From Lama glama (lineage: Eukaryota): DNA of 64,000 nucleotides. Positions 1 to 12,700 of the stretch are shown here, one piece after another. Where the stretch lies: NCBI GenBank assembly GCA_028534125.1, contig CM052817.1, forward strand, positions 77,440,001 to 77,504,000. Direction: 5' to 3'. The notes beneath the pieces are model-generated. The model saw only the letters and a list, made by a program, of their open reading frames with translations. It searched no databases and had not been told where the DNA came from. The translations under genes and the position numbers were made by a program. Every line of letters begins with the position of its first letter. Position 1 is the first letter of the stretch.

Positions 1-142
1 TGATGATTACATCAATCACACCAACCCTAGATTATTTACCTCTGGACTAAGTTTATGTGTGAGAAAAACGAACTTTCACCTTTTTGAAATGTCTGTTTTT
101 GGGGTTTTGTGTTAGATTGATTTTACTTTAATCTTAACTATT
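1..142 (+). mobile_element. MaLR (MLT1-type) LTR 3' end
   Basis: acctctggact..tatgtgtgagaaaa...ttttggggttttgtgtta...taatcttaact resembles old MLT1 termini. Confidence 0.6.
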
Positions 143-159
143 CCAAAAATATTTTTTAA

Positions 160-390
160 ATAGAGCAGAGTAAGGGACTAGAGAGTGACACCATGTGATA
201 TTTTAGACAGAGTGATTGGGGAAGGACTTTATGAGGAATCAATAGTTGAGGAGAGTCCTGAATGCATGAGTGAGCCAAGTGATAGGGGAGAGTGCGTTCC
301 AGGAGGTGGGAAGTAGTAGAAGTGAAAGCCCAGATATGGGAACCTGCTTCTGTGTTCAAACGCCAGCATGGATGCCAACATGACCCAGCT
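160..390. mobile_element. LINE-2 fragment
   Basis: Purine-rich gagtgagcca...gcgttccagg...aaagccc pattern typical of L2. Confidence 0.55.
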
Positions 391-959
391 TCCTAACCTC
401 TTATCCTGTCTCCCAGACAGGAATCCTTGACTCCAGACTTGCAGAGATCAGTAAACTTTGCAGGTATTGTTCTCTGCAGGGTCTCTTCAAAGAGCATGAC
501 CCAGGCACAAGTCTAAGCTTTTACACAGAGAACCTCAAGGCTCAACCTCTAACGCCCATTCTAAAATGCTTCCTGCTCAAATATTGCCAATTTTTCTGAA
601 CCGAGCATTGGTTCTCACTCTTGCTTAAGGAATGGCACTATTGGTCCACAACACATTGCTTTCTTTCTTCTTGAAACTCCATAGGTAGTATTGCAATACT
701 TTCATTTTAATAGTTAATAATCTATCATTCTGTTCTAATTCATGTGTGTATCTTTTGCCATGTCAATTAAGATGTAGTGTAAAAGCTACAAATTAAGAAG
801 TTTAAAAAACCCCTTTGCGCTAGTATCTCTTCAAACAGAAGGTGCTCCATAAAAACTTTCTGCATGTTCATTCAACCATCTCACAAACTAGAAACACAAT
901 GGAGAGAACCTAATCTTTCTTGGTGCCTCCCTTTAGCCAGGAAGATATGAGTAGCTGAA

Positions 960-1040
960 GTATTTTGTGCTATATATAGTCAGTTGATGTCAGCTGGATG
1001 CCAGTCTCTTCAGAAAGGCTCAGTCCCCAGTTTGAGTCAG
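960..1040 (+). promoter_or_regulatory. MYOZ2: MYOZ2 proximal muscle promoter (MEF2/TATA-like site, two E-boxes, AP-1 site)
   Basis: CTATATATAG at 970-979 matches the MEF2 consensus YTA(A/T)4TAR. E-boxes CAGTTG (981-986) and CAGCTG (991-996) and TGAGTCA (1033-1039) lie just upstream of the first exon. Confidence 0.7.
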
Positions 1041-1170
1041 ATCTAGGGACCATGCCGTCCCAGGCACAAGGATAAAAACCATCGGGCCCAAGTGCCATCC
1101 ATATTCCATCTCTAGTTTTTCCTCCACAAATTGGGATTCATCCTGTTGAAAAGCACGGTCTAAGAGCAAG
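1036..1170 (+). other. MYOZ2: MYOZ2 exon 1 (5' UTR, non-coding)
   Basis: Strong donor AAG|GTGAGT at 1170/1171. The spliced product ...GCAAG-GGAACAAAAAACCATG resembles the mammalian MYOZ2 5'UTR as I recall it. The start position is approximate. Confidence 0.8.
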
Positions 1171-1744
1171 GTGAGTATACTGTATCCTAAAATGCTTTAT
1201 TAGTCAGTTGTCCAAAGAAGTTCAGAGTTGTGACTCATTAATGGGAATTCTTTGCTTTAAGGACAGCTGTTGATGCTAATATTAAAATGCTACAGTCAAA
1301 GAGGTCAGGTTTAATCTGGTGTCCTTTCTTCATTCTTACAGTTTGCTGGAATTGATGTATTGTGATACTGGTACAAATGAAGGCCAGTAAGGAAAACAGT
1401 GACAGATTAAAATAAACTGTAGAAAACAGAGAGGGAGGGGAAAGGAGGCCAGCTCTTTCATTGTTTTTCATGGCCTGATAATCATTGTACTAGTGTAGAG
1501 ATAAGACTGGGCCTGAAACTCTGAGAATCAGCCTCTGTTCACTGTGAGATTGCCTGTCAATGAATAGCACACTCTGTCCCCAGACTCGGAATGCGTATTA
1601 AAGTCTTTCAGTAGAAAGCAATAATAAACTTTTAATAAAGAACAAAGATGCTCTCTTTCAAAAGGATGATTACAAAACACTCCAAATGAGTTCTTCACAT
1701 TGCCTCAATAACGTCCCTTTATTTTTAACAGGGAACAAAAAACC

Positions 1745-1820
1745 ATGTTATCACATAATACCATGGTGAAGCAGAGGAAACAGCAAGCATCAGCCATCAT
1801 GAAGGAAATCCATGGAAATG
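1745..1820 (+). CDS. MYOZ2: Myozenin-2 coding exon 2 (start codon; exon begins at 1732)
   Basis: Acceptor ttttaacag|G at 1731/1732. ACCATG at 1745 encodes [25 protein letters not shown]+G. Donor GTATCA at 1821, phase 1, 76 nt. Confidence 0.96.
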
Positions 1821-4800
1821 GTATCATTAAAAACTCTTCTTAGCATTGATATAGTTCAGCATTCATGTAGACCTTTCCTGATGTTATTTAATATTCTAAA
1901 GTTAAAACTTCCTTTAAATTCTTGCTATTCTGTCATAGCAAACCTGGAGCTCTAGGGGGTATAGAAAAGCCTATGGCAACTAATCCTTTTGTAGTCATCC
2001 TTTCTCATTTGAAAGCTATTTTCAGATGAACAACTGCTCTAAAGGAATGAAGCAATCTGACAGCTGATGTACATTCTGTTTGGCTTGCCTTTCACACATT
2101 TCATATTATAAGTTAATATCAGTCTCAATTTTCTTTTTATTTTTTTGGACAGGTCTCATATAATCTTGTCTTAATTGTCCATCTTACATGCTCTATCTTG
2201 ATTTCTTTTATGTTATATTACATAAATCATTCAAGATCTGATCATTATTTTTTAAAACTAAAGCTATTAAATTGGAATTCATACTTACTGTGAACTTCTT
2301 TAACCCTGAAACCAGTCTTCATATTCAGTAATTGATTTACCAAGACATTTTGTGTGAAAATCTACTTTAACTTATAACTTCTAGGAAAATATAAATTACT
2401 TGTAGTCTTAAAGCATATGACTCAAAAAAATTTAATATAAATTAGATGCAAGATGATATTCCACTCTCTCCTTCTAAGCTCTAGCAAAAAACTCTAGAGA
2501 GCAGAGCCTTATACATTGCATTTTGATTGTTATAAATGAAATTCAACTTTGTTCATGAGCAAAGGATAATTAACTTTAAAAGTTAATAAGTAGGATATCC
2601 AAATCCTTTGAAGGGCTGATTTGAGCCATTTCAGGATATATTTGTGGAGTTTTCAGGGCATCTTCTTATTTCCCTTCTGTCAACAAGGAATGTGAGCTTT
2701 TACCTGAACAATATTGAGACCCAGAGGCATGAGATCTCGTGAAGGCAGCTGGGAACAGGCATAAGTGTAGCATTTTCATATTTCACCTTCCATAAAGCAA
2801 CCTGAATAGAACCAGAGATTGTGTTAGATGCTCCTGTAGTCATATCTATAGAGTTCTGTTGTTTTGTTTTCTATTTTCTGAAATACAAAATCACCATACT
2901 GTATTCAACTTAGTCCCATGTTTTACTATGATGTCAAACTAGCTTGGAATAAAGTAAGAATAATTCTGAATCAGATCCCAGAACTAAATTTGTACCAATC
3001 CAAGGTTCCAAAATTCATGCTTCTTTTAAATTTTTATGCTACTTTGCATTTCCTGCTTCAGGTAGTTTACTTGAAATTTTTTTTACTAGTTTCCCTGATC
3101 AATAAGGCAAAGATCAGATAGTCATTTGAGTTTGAGACTAAACTATTTACCTTAAAACTAGGCTTGGGAAAACATCGTTTTCTAATTGCATCATAATCAT
3201 AAATTAATCGATCCTTTTAATGTATTCCTAGTTTAAACCATATGCTGGATTCTACTCTTATTCCTGAAACAGACCCATAAGAGTAAGATCATTTTTTTCC
3301 TTTTTTATATTTTTTCCTTTCTTAAATATAAGTTTTGATTTTTATGAAGTATAACAAAAAAATATAACTATTATCTCAAGGAGGGGAGGCCCAAAACTAC
3401 TATCTCACCACCAACAGGTCCTGGCCATGTAAAGTCTGCTGAAGCCCTCTCTCCCAAGTCACGGGTAGATTTCCAGCCCCTTAAGTGGAGTCACATGCTC
3501 TGCATTTGGAGGTCAAGTACTCCAGATAACACAGGGAGAATCACAGACTCTTTTTTAATTCATCTCAAATAAAATAATTCTAGTACTTTATGAAGCAGTT
3601 TAAATAATTTCTCTCTTTTCTTTCCTCTGACATCGTATATAGAACTTTATAGAACTTATATAGAAATTACAATTTGTATATGACATAATGTTTAGAGAGC
3701 TGGAGCTAGGGATGCATTATTTTTTCTAAGGAGGCAGAAATGAGACATGGAATGCAGAGAAACTTTTTCAGGAATAATTCTCCAAACTTCTAAATACTTC
3801 ACAACAGTAAAAACCTGGCTCAATTAAGATAAAGCATGCAACTGTTTCAATCTTAATTGTCCTTTATAAAAATGAACAGAGAAGCTCTCCAAAGTTCTTC
3901 TCCTACCCCTTCTCCTCTTGTGCGCCAAGATTTTTTTTTGTAGTATTATAACTCATTTATTTTTTATATCACTTTTCAAAAAACATTTAGCCTGGAGGAG
4001 AATGAAACATGACAATGAGATGGCTAAATGAGTTGTGTTCTAAACATGAGCTGGAAGTTCAGTTCAGTTCTTGCTGTGGGGAGAGAGACTACAGACGGTG
4101 AGCCTTGAGATGAATTAGCAGGAAAATACAAGAATCAAAAAGGAGAGTTTTACATCAGAGTACTCATTGAATCTGAAGGGGAAATAACCTCAAAGAATTA
4201 CTGAGAAATCCTATCCATATAGACTAAAATACATAGAACTGGATAGCATAATTAAAAATGTAGATAACTCCCAGCCTCTACTAACTACACCCCAAATTGT
4301 TCACTCATTATAGATCCATTACGATTTGGTGTCAAATTATGTATCAGAAGCCACTATACTACACTCTCAACAAATAATTAATGAAAGTATCCTCTAACAC
4401 TAAGGCTGTATACTTTCAGATTGACCATCCCCATCATACCATGATGATGATCATCAATATTTGAAATGTTAGAGCTGATGGTAGTAGCCATCATGTGTTA
4501 CTATTGTGACACAAAACCTATAAGCTTTAAACAGAAGTATCAGAGCCATGTTGCTACCATTGAACAAATGCTATTCCAAATACAAAACACAAAAATATTT
4601 TGCCATTATTTGTGCATGAATTCGTTGTAGAGGCAAGAAAAGATAACATATTGGTTCCATGCCCACCATCCCTGTGCTATTTATTCCTGAATCTGTACAT
4701 ATTCTCCTGGTGATCATCATGGTCTTCTCTCACCCAGTAACTCTGAGACTTGAATACTGACGGAAGAGAGATAGGGAAGGCTGAAGGAATAGGGAGCAAT

Positions 4801-7635
4801 AAGTCGACAGAGAAAGAGAAGAGGAAATGAGAATAGAAAGAGGAGAGGCACTCTAGAGCAATGGTCATCTGTCCAGAAATGGTGGGGGAAAGGAATTGAA
4901 ATTAAAATAACTGTAAGAACTGGGAGTACACTGTCCCCTGATCTTAAGCACAGATAACTGCCCACAGTTTAGAAGAGCTTCAGAATAGGGAGGACCACAG
5001 CTGTTTCAGTCACCCTTCAGTTTTCTCACCTGGGCTCTGTGAGGGTTTTTTTTTTTTTCATGTTTTTTGTTTGTCTGTTTTTTTTCCCTCATGACTGGTG
5101 AACAGCTTTTCCCAGCACACAGAAAAGGACTGAGCAGATTGTTTTTGCAATTTCAGGAAAAGAGTTTAGTCTGTGGTCTGAAAACAGGAAGCCAGGTTCT
5201 AAATGGAGTGCTGTTGTTGATATGGTACCAAGAGCCCTGGTTCCAGACCAGACATCAGCTTCCTTATTTGAAAATGAAGAGGCTGGACTTGTTGGGACGC
5301 CTAGCTTTAAAACTTCATGATATTGAGCTTTGCGCTAAAGTCAAACATCAGTGTATTTGAGTTTCTCCAATAATATAAACAATGATAGTACTGACATAAA
5401 TTGCAGGGCACTTTGAAAAGCACACAGTATAAAGTCTTGACCTTTGAGTGAAAGATTACGTGAGGACCCCTTTGAATTTTCGTGTATAAGCATATCTTAG
5501 AGCGTACCGTAAGCATATCTGCAATTTATCAAGTCATCAATATAAAAATGAGGACACCTGAAGGCCTTAAGTACCACAGATCAAATGTAAAAAGTTTGGG
5601 GGTGAAAAAGAACTTAACCTAATGCTTCAATGTACAAGTTTGTTAGTTTTCTTTCGTTTAAACACATGAGCAGTCTTATAATCCCCCAAAAAAGCATGTT
5701 TTATTCTGAAAATTTGTGTTTAGTAATATCTTATGAAATTATGGATTTTCTAAACATGCCATAGATTTCTAAACCTCTAATAAGGCCCTCTAGCAAAGAA
5801 GCAGCTGAGAACTAGGCTAAATTCTAGTTTATATCAACGTTGCAATTACAGTGTTTAATTCTTGCCATATTCCATCACCCTAGTTTCTTTGTTGTATTTT
5901 TCACTCTAATATGCTCTAGATGTATATTCTATAAACATTACTAGTTTGTGTAATTCCATTTGCATAAATAAATAAAATGCATTGGTAATGTCATTTTTAC
6001 AATGTTTATAGATTTACACACTTATTAAATGGTAGTGTTATAATTAACAGTAAATTTCTGAGAACTGCATCTTAAAAATCAAATCAAGGCAAGGAGATAC
6101 GAAATAGAAAAATAAAGAATCCCATATGGGTTTCAAAATCAACTTTTTAACACTGAGAAAATTATTAAAATTTATTAATAAACTTTCAGTCGAATGTAGT
6201 CTTTTCAAGCATTATTCAAAGTCACAGTCTGGACTATTAACTTTTATATAATATGTATATATGTATGTTGCAGTATGCTATAATATATATTTATGAACTA
6301 TTATTCAATCCACATTGGCCAACTATCTGTGAACAGGCAGAAGAGTCCTGTGTAAGTGCAGAGAAAAATCTCTTGGTAAATTGATAGGACCACCCTAAAG
6401 AAAATCATTTTCAGTTAACTCCTTTCCTGTGGTTTTGCCCATTCTTACCAGAATTGCAGCTGCCATTGAATCACGGGGAAACTGTTTTAAAAAAATCTTT
6501 TGTCTTACTACAATTATTTGTGAATATTTTTACAAACTATGAATTGGATTCACTGACCTAACTAAATACGTAACTTTGACAGGACCAGAATTTCAAATTA
6601 AAAATACAGAACTACCTACATGCACACAAATCCTTGTTGACTCAGTTTCAGTGTTAACCTATGAAATAAATGTGAAAAGAAGAATGCTTCCTTTTACAGA
6701 AATTTAGGTCCAATGTCTGCTCATAAGATTAAATATTTGAAGTAAGGTTTGAGAAAGGAATTGATCACATTTTCAAAGATCACTGATATTCTCCCACTAA
6801 AATGCAATTTTCTATTTGGTTCTCAGTACTCAGGATTGTGGCTCCACAGTATGAAAAATGGAAGGAAAGTACATCCCATAATAAGAAACTTGAACTTTTA
6901 AAAAAATTCTATTTTTTTTAAATTGAACTTTTTAATATGAGTTTAAATCTTAGAGACAAAAATAAGGCACATTTGAGGACACTACTGAGAACAAATATTG
7001 GTAATAATTATTTAATATTTCTAGCAGATTGAAAAATGTGGGGGGTTTTGTGGAAATTAATTATGGTCAAGACTGTAAAGTTACATGTTAATTTTTTTGT
7101 TATTAGGTATTTAACTATTCAGAAATAATCACTGATTTCCCTAAAATAGTAGCAAACTATAATAGATTAAGGCCTATAAAATCTTTAAAGAATAAATGGA
7201 AAATTCTGGATCACCATAAATGACATCAAAAGGAAAGTATGCCTAGCAATATTATTTTCAATAGATGATCTAATGCCACAAAGACAACCTTCTAATCCAT
7301 CAGGGCAAGGATATGTACCCTGAATAAGTTATATCATTTATCAGGCATCCAGATTAAACATACTCTTAAGACCCTGCACAGAGTTTGCAATAAAGAGCAG
7401 GGAACAGCTGAACTTGGATTCTGTGTGCTCAGTTGATAGCATTTTTCACCCTGAAAGTTTAAGTAGTGAAAGTGTTCATACATTAGATTTCCTAACTCAC
7501 AGATAATCCGGGACTCCAGCTCCAATTACATCATAAACTTTACTATTGGAAGGAAAGAGAAGGAAACCTTGGAGAATTTAGTTTATGTCTTTTATTGTTT
7601 GTTTGTTTATGAAAAATATGTTGACTTAACATGTC

Positions 7636-8230
7636 TCTTAGTATGCCTGTAAATATTTAACTGGTTCTTTGTGGGAGGAAATGCCTTGGTTTGTAGAGTT
7701 TGCCAATTTTTGCGTTATAAATACTCCTGCCATGGCCAATTTCAAGCTACTATTAAGGAAGCACTGAATGCAGAGCTGGGAATAGATGTGTAGTAATACA
7801 AAATTATATAGTACTATCCTACAGTAACCTATAATGAAAAAGAATATGAAAAGGAATATATGTATGACTGAAACATTATGCTGTTTACCAGAACATTATG
7901 TATTACCAGAAATTGGCACATTATAAGCTGACTATACTTCAATAAAAATAAATTACTTTTAAAAATATATTGTATTTTCACCACACAGATACAATATATA
8001 TAAGAAAACATCAAGAACATAGATAATAGCCAAAGGAATATAACACTTTGTGATATTTTTGGAGTATTTATTGCTTTGTTTTTAATAAAACTTATCTAGT
8101 TATTGCATTTACATAATTTAATTTTAATAATGGTCATGTTCACAGAATTTAACTATTGGCTCACAGACTTCCTGAAAATTTATCAATCAACTCTTGTGAG
8201 CCAGTACAAGACTGCTCCAGACACCACTAG
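7636..8230 (+). mobile_element. MER63-like hAT-Blackjack DNA transposon, interrupted by an L1 tail
   Basis: Internal motif tttgccaattt...aaatactcc..ccatggccaatttcaagctac and terminal gagccagtac...ctccagacaccact. Confidence 0.75.
7814..7961 (+). mobile_element. 5'-truncated lineage-specific L1 3' end
   Basis: taacctataatgaaaaagaatatgaaaaggaatatatg...ctgactatacttcaataaaa. The same family occurs at 37.9, 53.2, 55.4 and 60.1 kb. Degenerate 13-bp TSD. Confidence 0.85.
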
Positions 8231-8775
8231 ATTTCTCATGCAGGGCTTCTGGCCCCAGAGATCCACAATATCTTTAGATGATCACTCAAAGCCAATTTAG
8301 TTAGTTACTTAGAGAGTAAGAGGGAGAAAATTTAGGCTTAAAGGAAAGGGAAGTATGAAGACTAAGAAAAGAGGTTGAGAGTTGGTCAGTTATTTTCTTT
8401 GCCTTCTCCTCTTTCATTTTGTCTCTTATTTGTCCTCTCTTGTGGTATAAATTTACTAGCAATAATGGATTGTACCAGCTGATTATTGAGGGAAGGTAAG
8501 TTCTTCATGGCTCCTGTTGCACATTTACTCCTTGAAGCAGCCTAAGTGATGATTACAGTGATTTGCTTAAAAGGACTGAATGTTTCTTATGACCGCAATG
8601 AGTCTGTGGCCAGAGGCATATCCATTTTTTATACTTCTGCTCTCTTTCTCCTTTCCCCTTTCAGACCCCTACTACTGGGCTTCTGGGCTATCTTTCCTTA
8701 CCCTTCCTTGTGACTCCAATCTTAATAGACTTTTTGGACCTACATCAGTGAGATGAAGATCTGAAGAGAATAACC

Positions 8776-9300
8776 GTATCAGTTAGCATGTTTTTAGTTG
8801 AAAATAGCAGAAAATCAGAAACCGACTAGCTTAAAGAACAAAGGGAATTTACTGGCTCACGTAACTGAAAAATTTAGAGGTGATTCAGTAAGGCTTCATC
8901 TGCCGTCTCAAGTATGTCATTAAGGACAGGGTTTCTTTCTCTGCCAATGCTCTGATTTCCTTGAGGTAAGTGTCATCTCACGTCTGGCTGTATCATTCTA
9001 CCAAGTACATGCCAACAGTTTCCTGGGCAATATAAATCTGTTCTTACATGCAGCAGGAAGAGAAAGCATCTTCGGCACAACACACACAAAGAAAAGTCCT
9101 AATATTCACTCTTATTGGCCTAGGTCAGGTCATACACCTGTTCCTGTATCAATCACAAAGGTAATTAATTCCTGTCAAATACACCCTAGAGGACTACTGT
9201 AAATCAAGGGGCCAAAGGGATGGAACTCACTTAAGCCATGTGGTTATTTCTGAAACGTTGGTGGAATCAACTAATATTGGTGGCCATTAGGAAGAGGAAA
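8776..9300 (-). mobile_element. Old MaLR LTR (MLT1J/K/L-like)
   Basis: gtatcagttag...cagaaaa...gcttaaa...gggaatttactggctcacgtaactgaaaa. Confidence 0.7.
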
Positions 9301-9789
9301 ATGAGACTAAAAACATTTTCTCAACTTTTTGTCTTGGGGCTCCCGAATTAAACTTATGCCATAGCTTGGAATTCAGAACTTATAAAAATTAATGTAATAA
9401 TATGCTATTCCCTTTTCTAGTTGAAATAGTTCACTCCTGTCACACTTTCTATAATACTGAGAAATATATTCACAGGCACACTGAAAAACAACCCAGCTCC
9501 TCCTTCCATGTCCCAAGCACACAGTAGCAGAGATTCCAAACGCTTGCAAATAAGCTAAAGTGAATATTCCCTGTAGAACTCAGCAGAGCTGGCAAACAAA
9601 TCCCAGGAAACTATAAAATACCCTCATCTACTCTGCAATGTGCCTTCATTCCTCTTTCATAAGCTACTTCTTCCATCCCAGAGGACTGTAAAGCACAGAA
9701 AATTTTTTTTTCATCTTAGTGAGCAGACAAGACCACTCTGCATTTTGTAGGAAGGGCCATGATATTTTTTAAATCAAACATTTAAAAAA

Positions 9790-12700
9790 TAATACTTTTT
9801 TTAGAGCAGTTTAGCTCATGGAAAAATTGAGCAGAAAGCATAGAGTGTTCCTATATATCCCTTCTCCTCCCAATACAGTTTTCCCTATTATTAACATTTT
9901 GCATTAGTATGATATACTTATTATGATTGATGAACCAATATTGATATACTATTATTAACTCAAGTCTATAGTTTACATTTGGATTCACACTGTGTTGTAC
10001 TATTCTGTGGGTTTTCATGAATGTACACTGTCATGTATCTGCCATTATAGTATCATACAGAGTAGTCTCATTGCCGGAAATTCCCCTGTGATCAACCTCT
10101 GCATCCCTACTCCCTCCCCACAAGCCCTTGGCAACCACTGATTATTTTAACGTCTTCCAAAGTTTTGTCTTTTCCAGAACGTCATATACTTGGAGTCATA
10201 CAGTATGCAGCTATTACAGACTGGCTTCTTTCACTTAGCAATATACATTTAAGGACCATTCAGGTATTTTCATGGCTTGATAGCTCTTAATTAAATTTCT
10301 AATTTTGAGATAAATGTAGTTTACATGCAGTTGTAAGAAAGAATACAGAGCAATCCCATGTATCAGTTCCTCTAATAGTAACATCTTGCAAAACCATAGT
10401 ACAATATTACACCCAGAATATTGACACTGATGCAGTCAAGAGACTCCTGCTAATTAATCACTAATTGCCCCCCATTCCCATATATATTTTATTTTAAGGT
10501 GCTACAAAATGGAATCATACAGTATATAACATTTAGGGACTGGCTTTTTTTACTCAGTCTGATTCTCTGGAGATAGATCCAGGTGTTGTGTGTTGCAATA
10601 GTTTGTTTTTTATTGAGGGGTACCATGCTATGAATGGACCACAGTGTTTTTAACCATTTACTTACTCATTGAAGTACATCTGAGTTGTTTCTTTATTAAT
10701 TATTATTAAGAATAAAACTGCTATGAACATTTGTGTATAGGTTCTTCTGTAAATATAAGCTTTCGTTTCACTGGGATAAATGCCCAGTATTACTGGTAGT
10801 TCTACCTTCAGTTTTTAACAGAACCTACTAAATTATTTTCTAGAGTGGTTGTACCATTTTACATTTCCAGCTGCAATGTATAAAATTGCTGGGTGCTCCA
10901 CATCCTCTCCAACATTAGGTGCTGTCCCTATTTTTCATTTTAGTCATTCTGATATGTGTATAGTGATATCCCATTGTGGTTTTAATTTGCATCTTCCAAA
11001 TGATTAATGATGTTGAACATCTTTTCCTATGCTTATTTGCCATCTGTATATCTTCTTCAATGAGATGTTTCTTCATGTCTTTTGCTCATATTATAATTGG
11101 ATAGTTTGCTTTTTTACTGGTGAGTTTTAATAGTTCTTTACACATTCTAGCCTGTTGTCAAATATTTAGTTTGCAAATAGTGTTTCCTGCTCTGTAGCTT
11201 GTCTTTTTATCCTTTTAATACAGTCTCTCTCGGAGCAAAAGTGTTTAATTTTGATGAAGTGCAATTTATCAACTTTTCTATTTATGGACTGTTTTCAGTG
11301 TCAAGTTTAACAACATTTTGTCCAGCCCTAGAACCCAAAGGTATGATCATACGATTTCTCTTCCTTAGCCTTTTAATATGGTGGAATACATTGATTTTTG
11401 AATATTGAACCAATCTTGAAATCCTGGAATAAACTCCACTTACTCATGGCATAGAATTCTTTTTATAATATACAATATAGTTGAATTCTATGTACTAGTA
11501 TTTTGTTAAGGATTTTTGCTTCTAAAAGCATGAGGGATACTGTGCTGTAGGTTTCTTTTTTGTGTGTTGTCTTTGGTTTTGGTATCAAGGTAATATTACT
11601 TAATAAATGAATTGAGAAGTGCTCCTTGATCTTCTACTTTTAGGAAGAAAATATGTAGCATTGGTGTTGATTCTTCTTTAATTGTTTGGTAGAATTCTCC
11701 AACAAAACCATCTAGGTCTGAGATACCTTTTTTTGGAGATTTTTAAAATATAAATCCTTATAGGATTACTCAGATTATCTACTTCATGTTGGGTGAGATG
11801 TGGTACTTGGTGCTTTTCAAAGAGTTGGTCATTTTTTCTGTTTTCAAATGTATGTGAATTTATATGTAAAGCTGTTCATAGTAGTCTCTTCTTATCCATT
11901 TGTTATCTGCAGTGTCTGTGGTGATATTCTCTGTTTTGTTTCTGGTATTGGTAATTTGCATTTTCTATATTTTTTCTGTGTTAGTCTAGCTAGAGGTTTG
12001 TGAATTTTATTGATCTTTTCAAAAGCCAATTCTGTGCTCAACTGATTTTCTCTATTGTTTTTCTGTTTCTAATTCTGCTCTTATCTTTATTTTCTCCCTT
12101 CTGCTTGCCTTGGGCTTGTTTTGGTCTTATTTTTCTAGGTTTTTGAGGTGAAAGCTTAGATTATAATTTGAGACTTTTATCTCTTTTTAAATATATGCAT
12201 TTAGTGTTATAAATGGGGCATTGTCTGTGCCTCATAAATGATATGCTCTATTTTTATTTTCACTCAGTTCAATGAATTTTTAATTTCCCTTAAGACTTCT
12301 GTGACTCATGGATTGTTCAGAAGTGTGTTTTTTAGTTTCCAAATGTTTGGAGATTCTCCTGGAAACTTTTTGTTACTGATTTCTAGTGTGATTTCATTGT
12401 GATTAGAGATCATACTCCATAATTTTGATTCTTTTAAATTTGTTGAGGCTTATGTTATGGTCAAGTATATAGTCTATCTTGGTATATACTCTATGTGCAC
12501 TTGGAAAGAATGTATTCTGTTGTTCAGTAGAACACTTTATAAATATTGATTATAGCCTACTGGTTGATGGTGTTGTTGAGTTCTTTTGTATCCTTGCTGA
12601 TTATCTGTTGTTCTATCACTTGTTGAGAGGGAGATGTTAAAGTCTCCAACTATAATTATGGATTTATCTATTTCTCTTTTTAGTTCTACTAATTTTTGCT

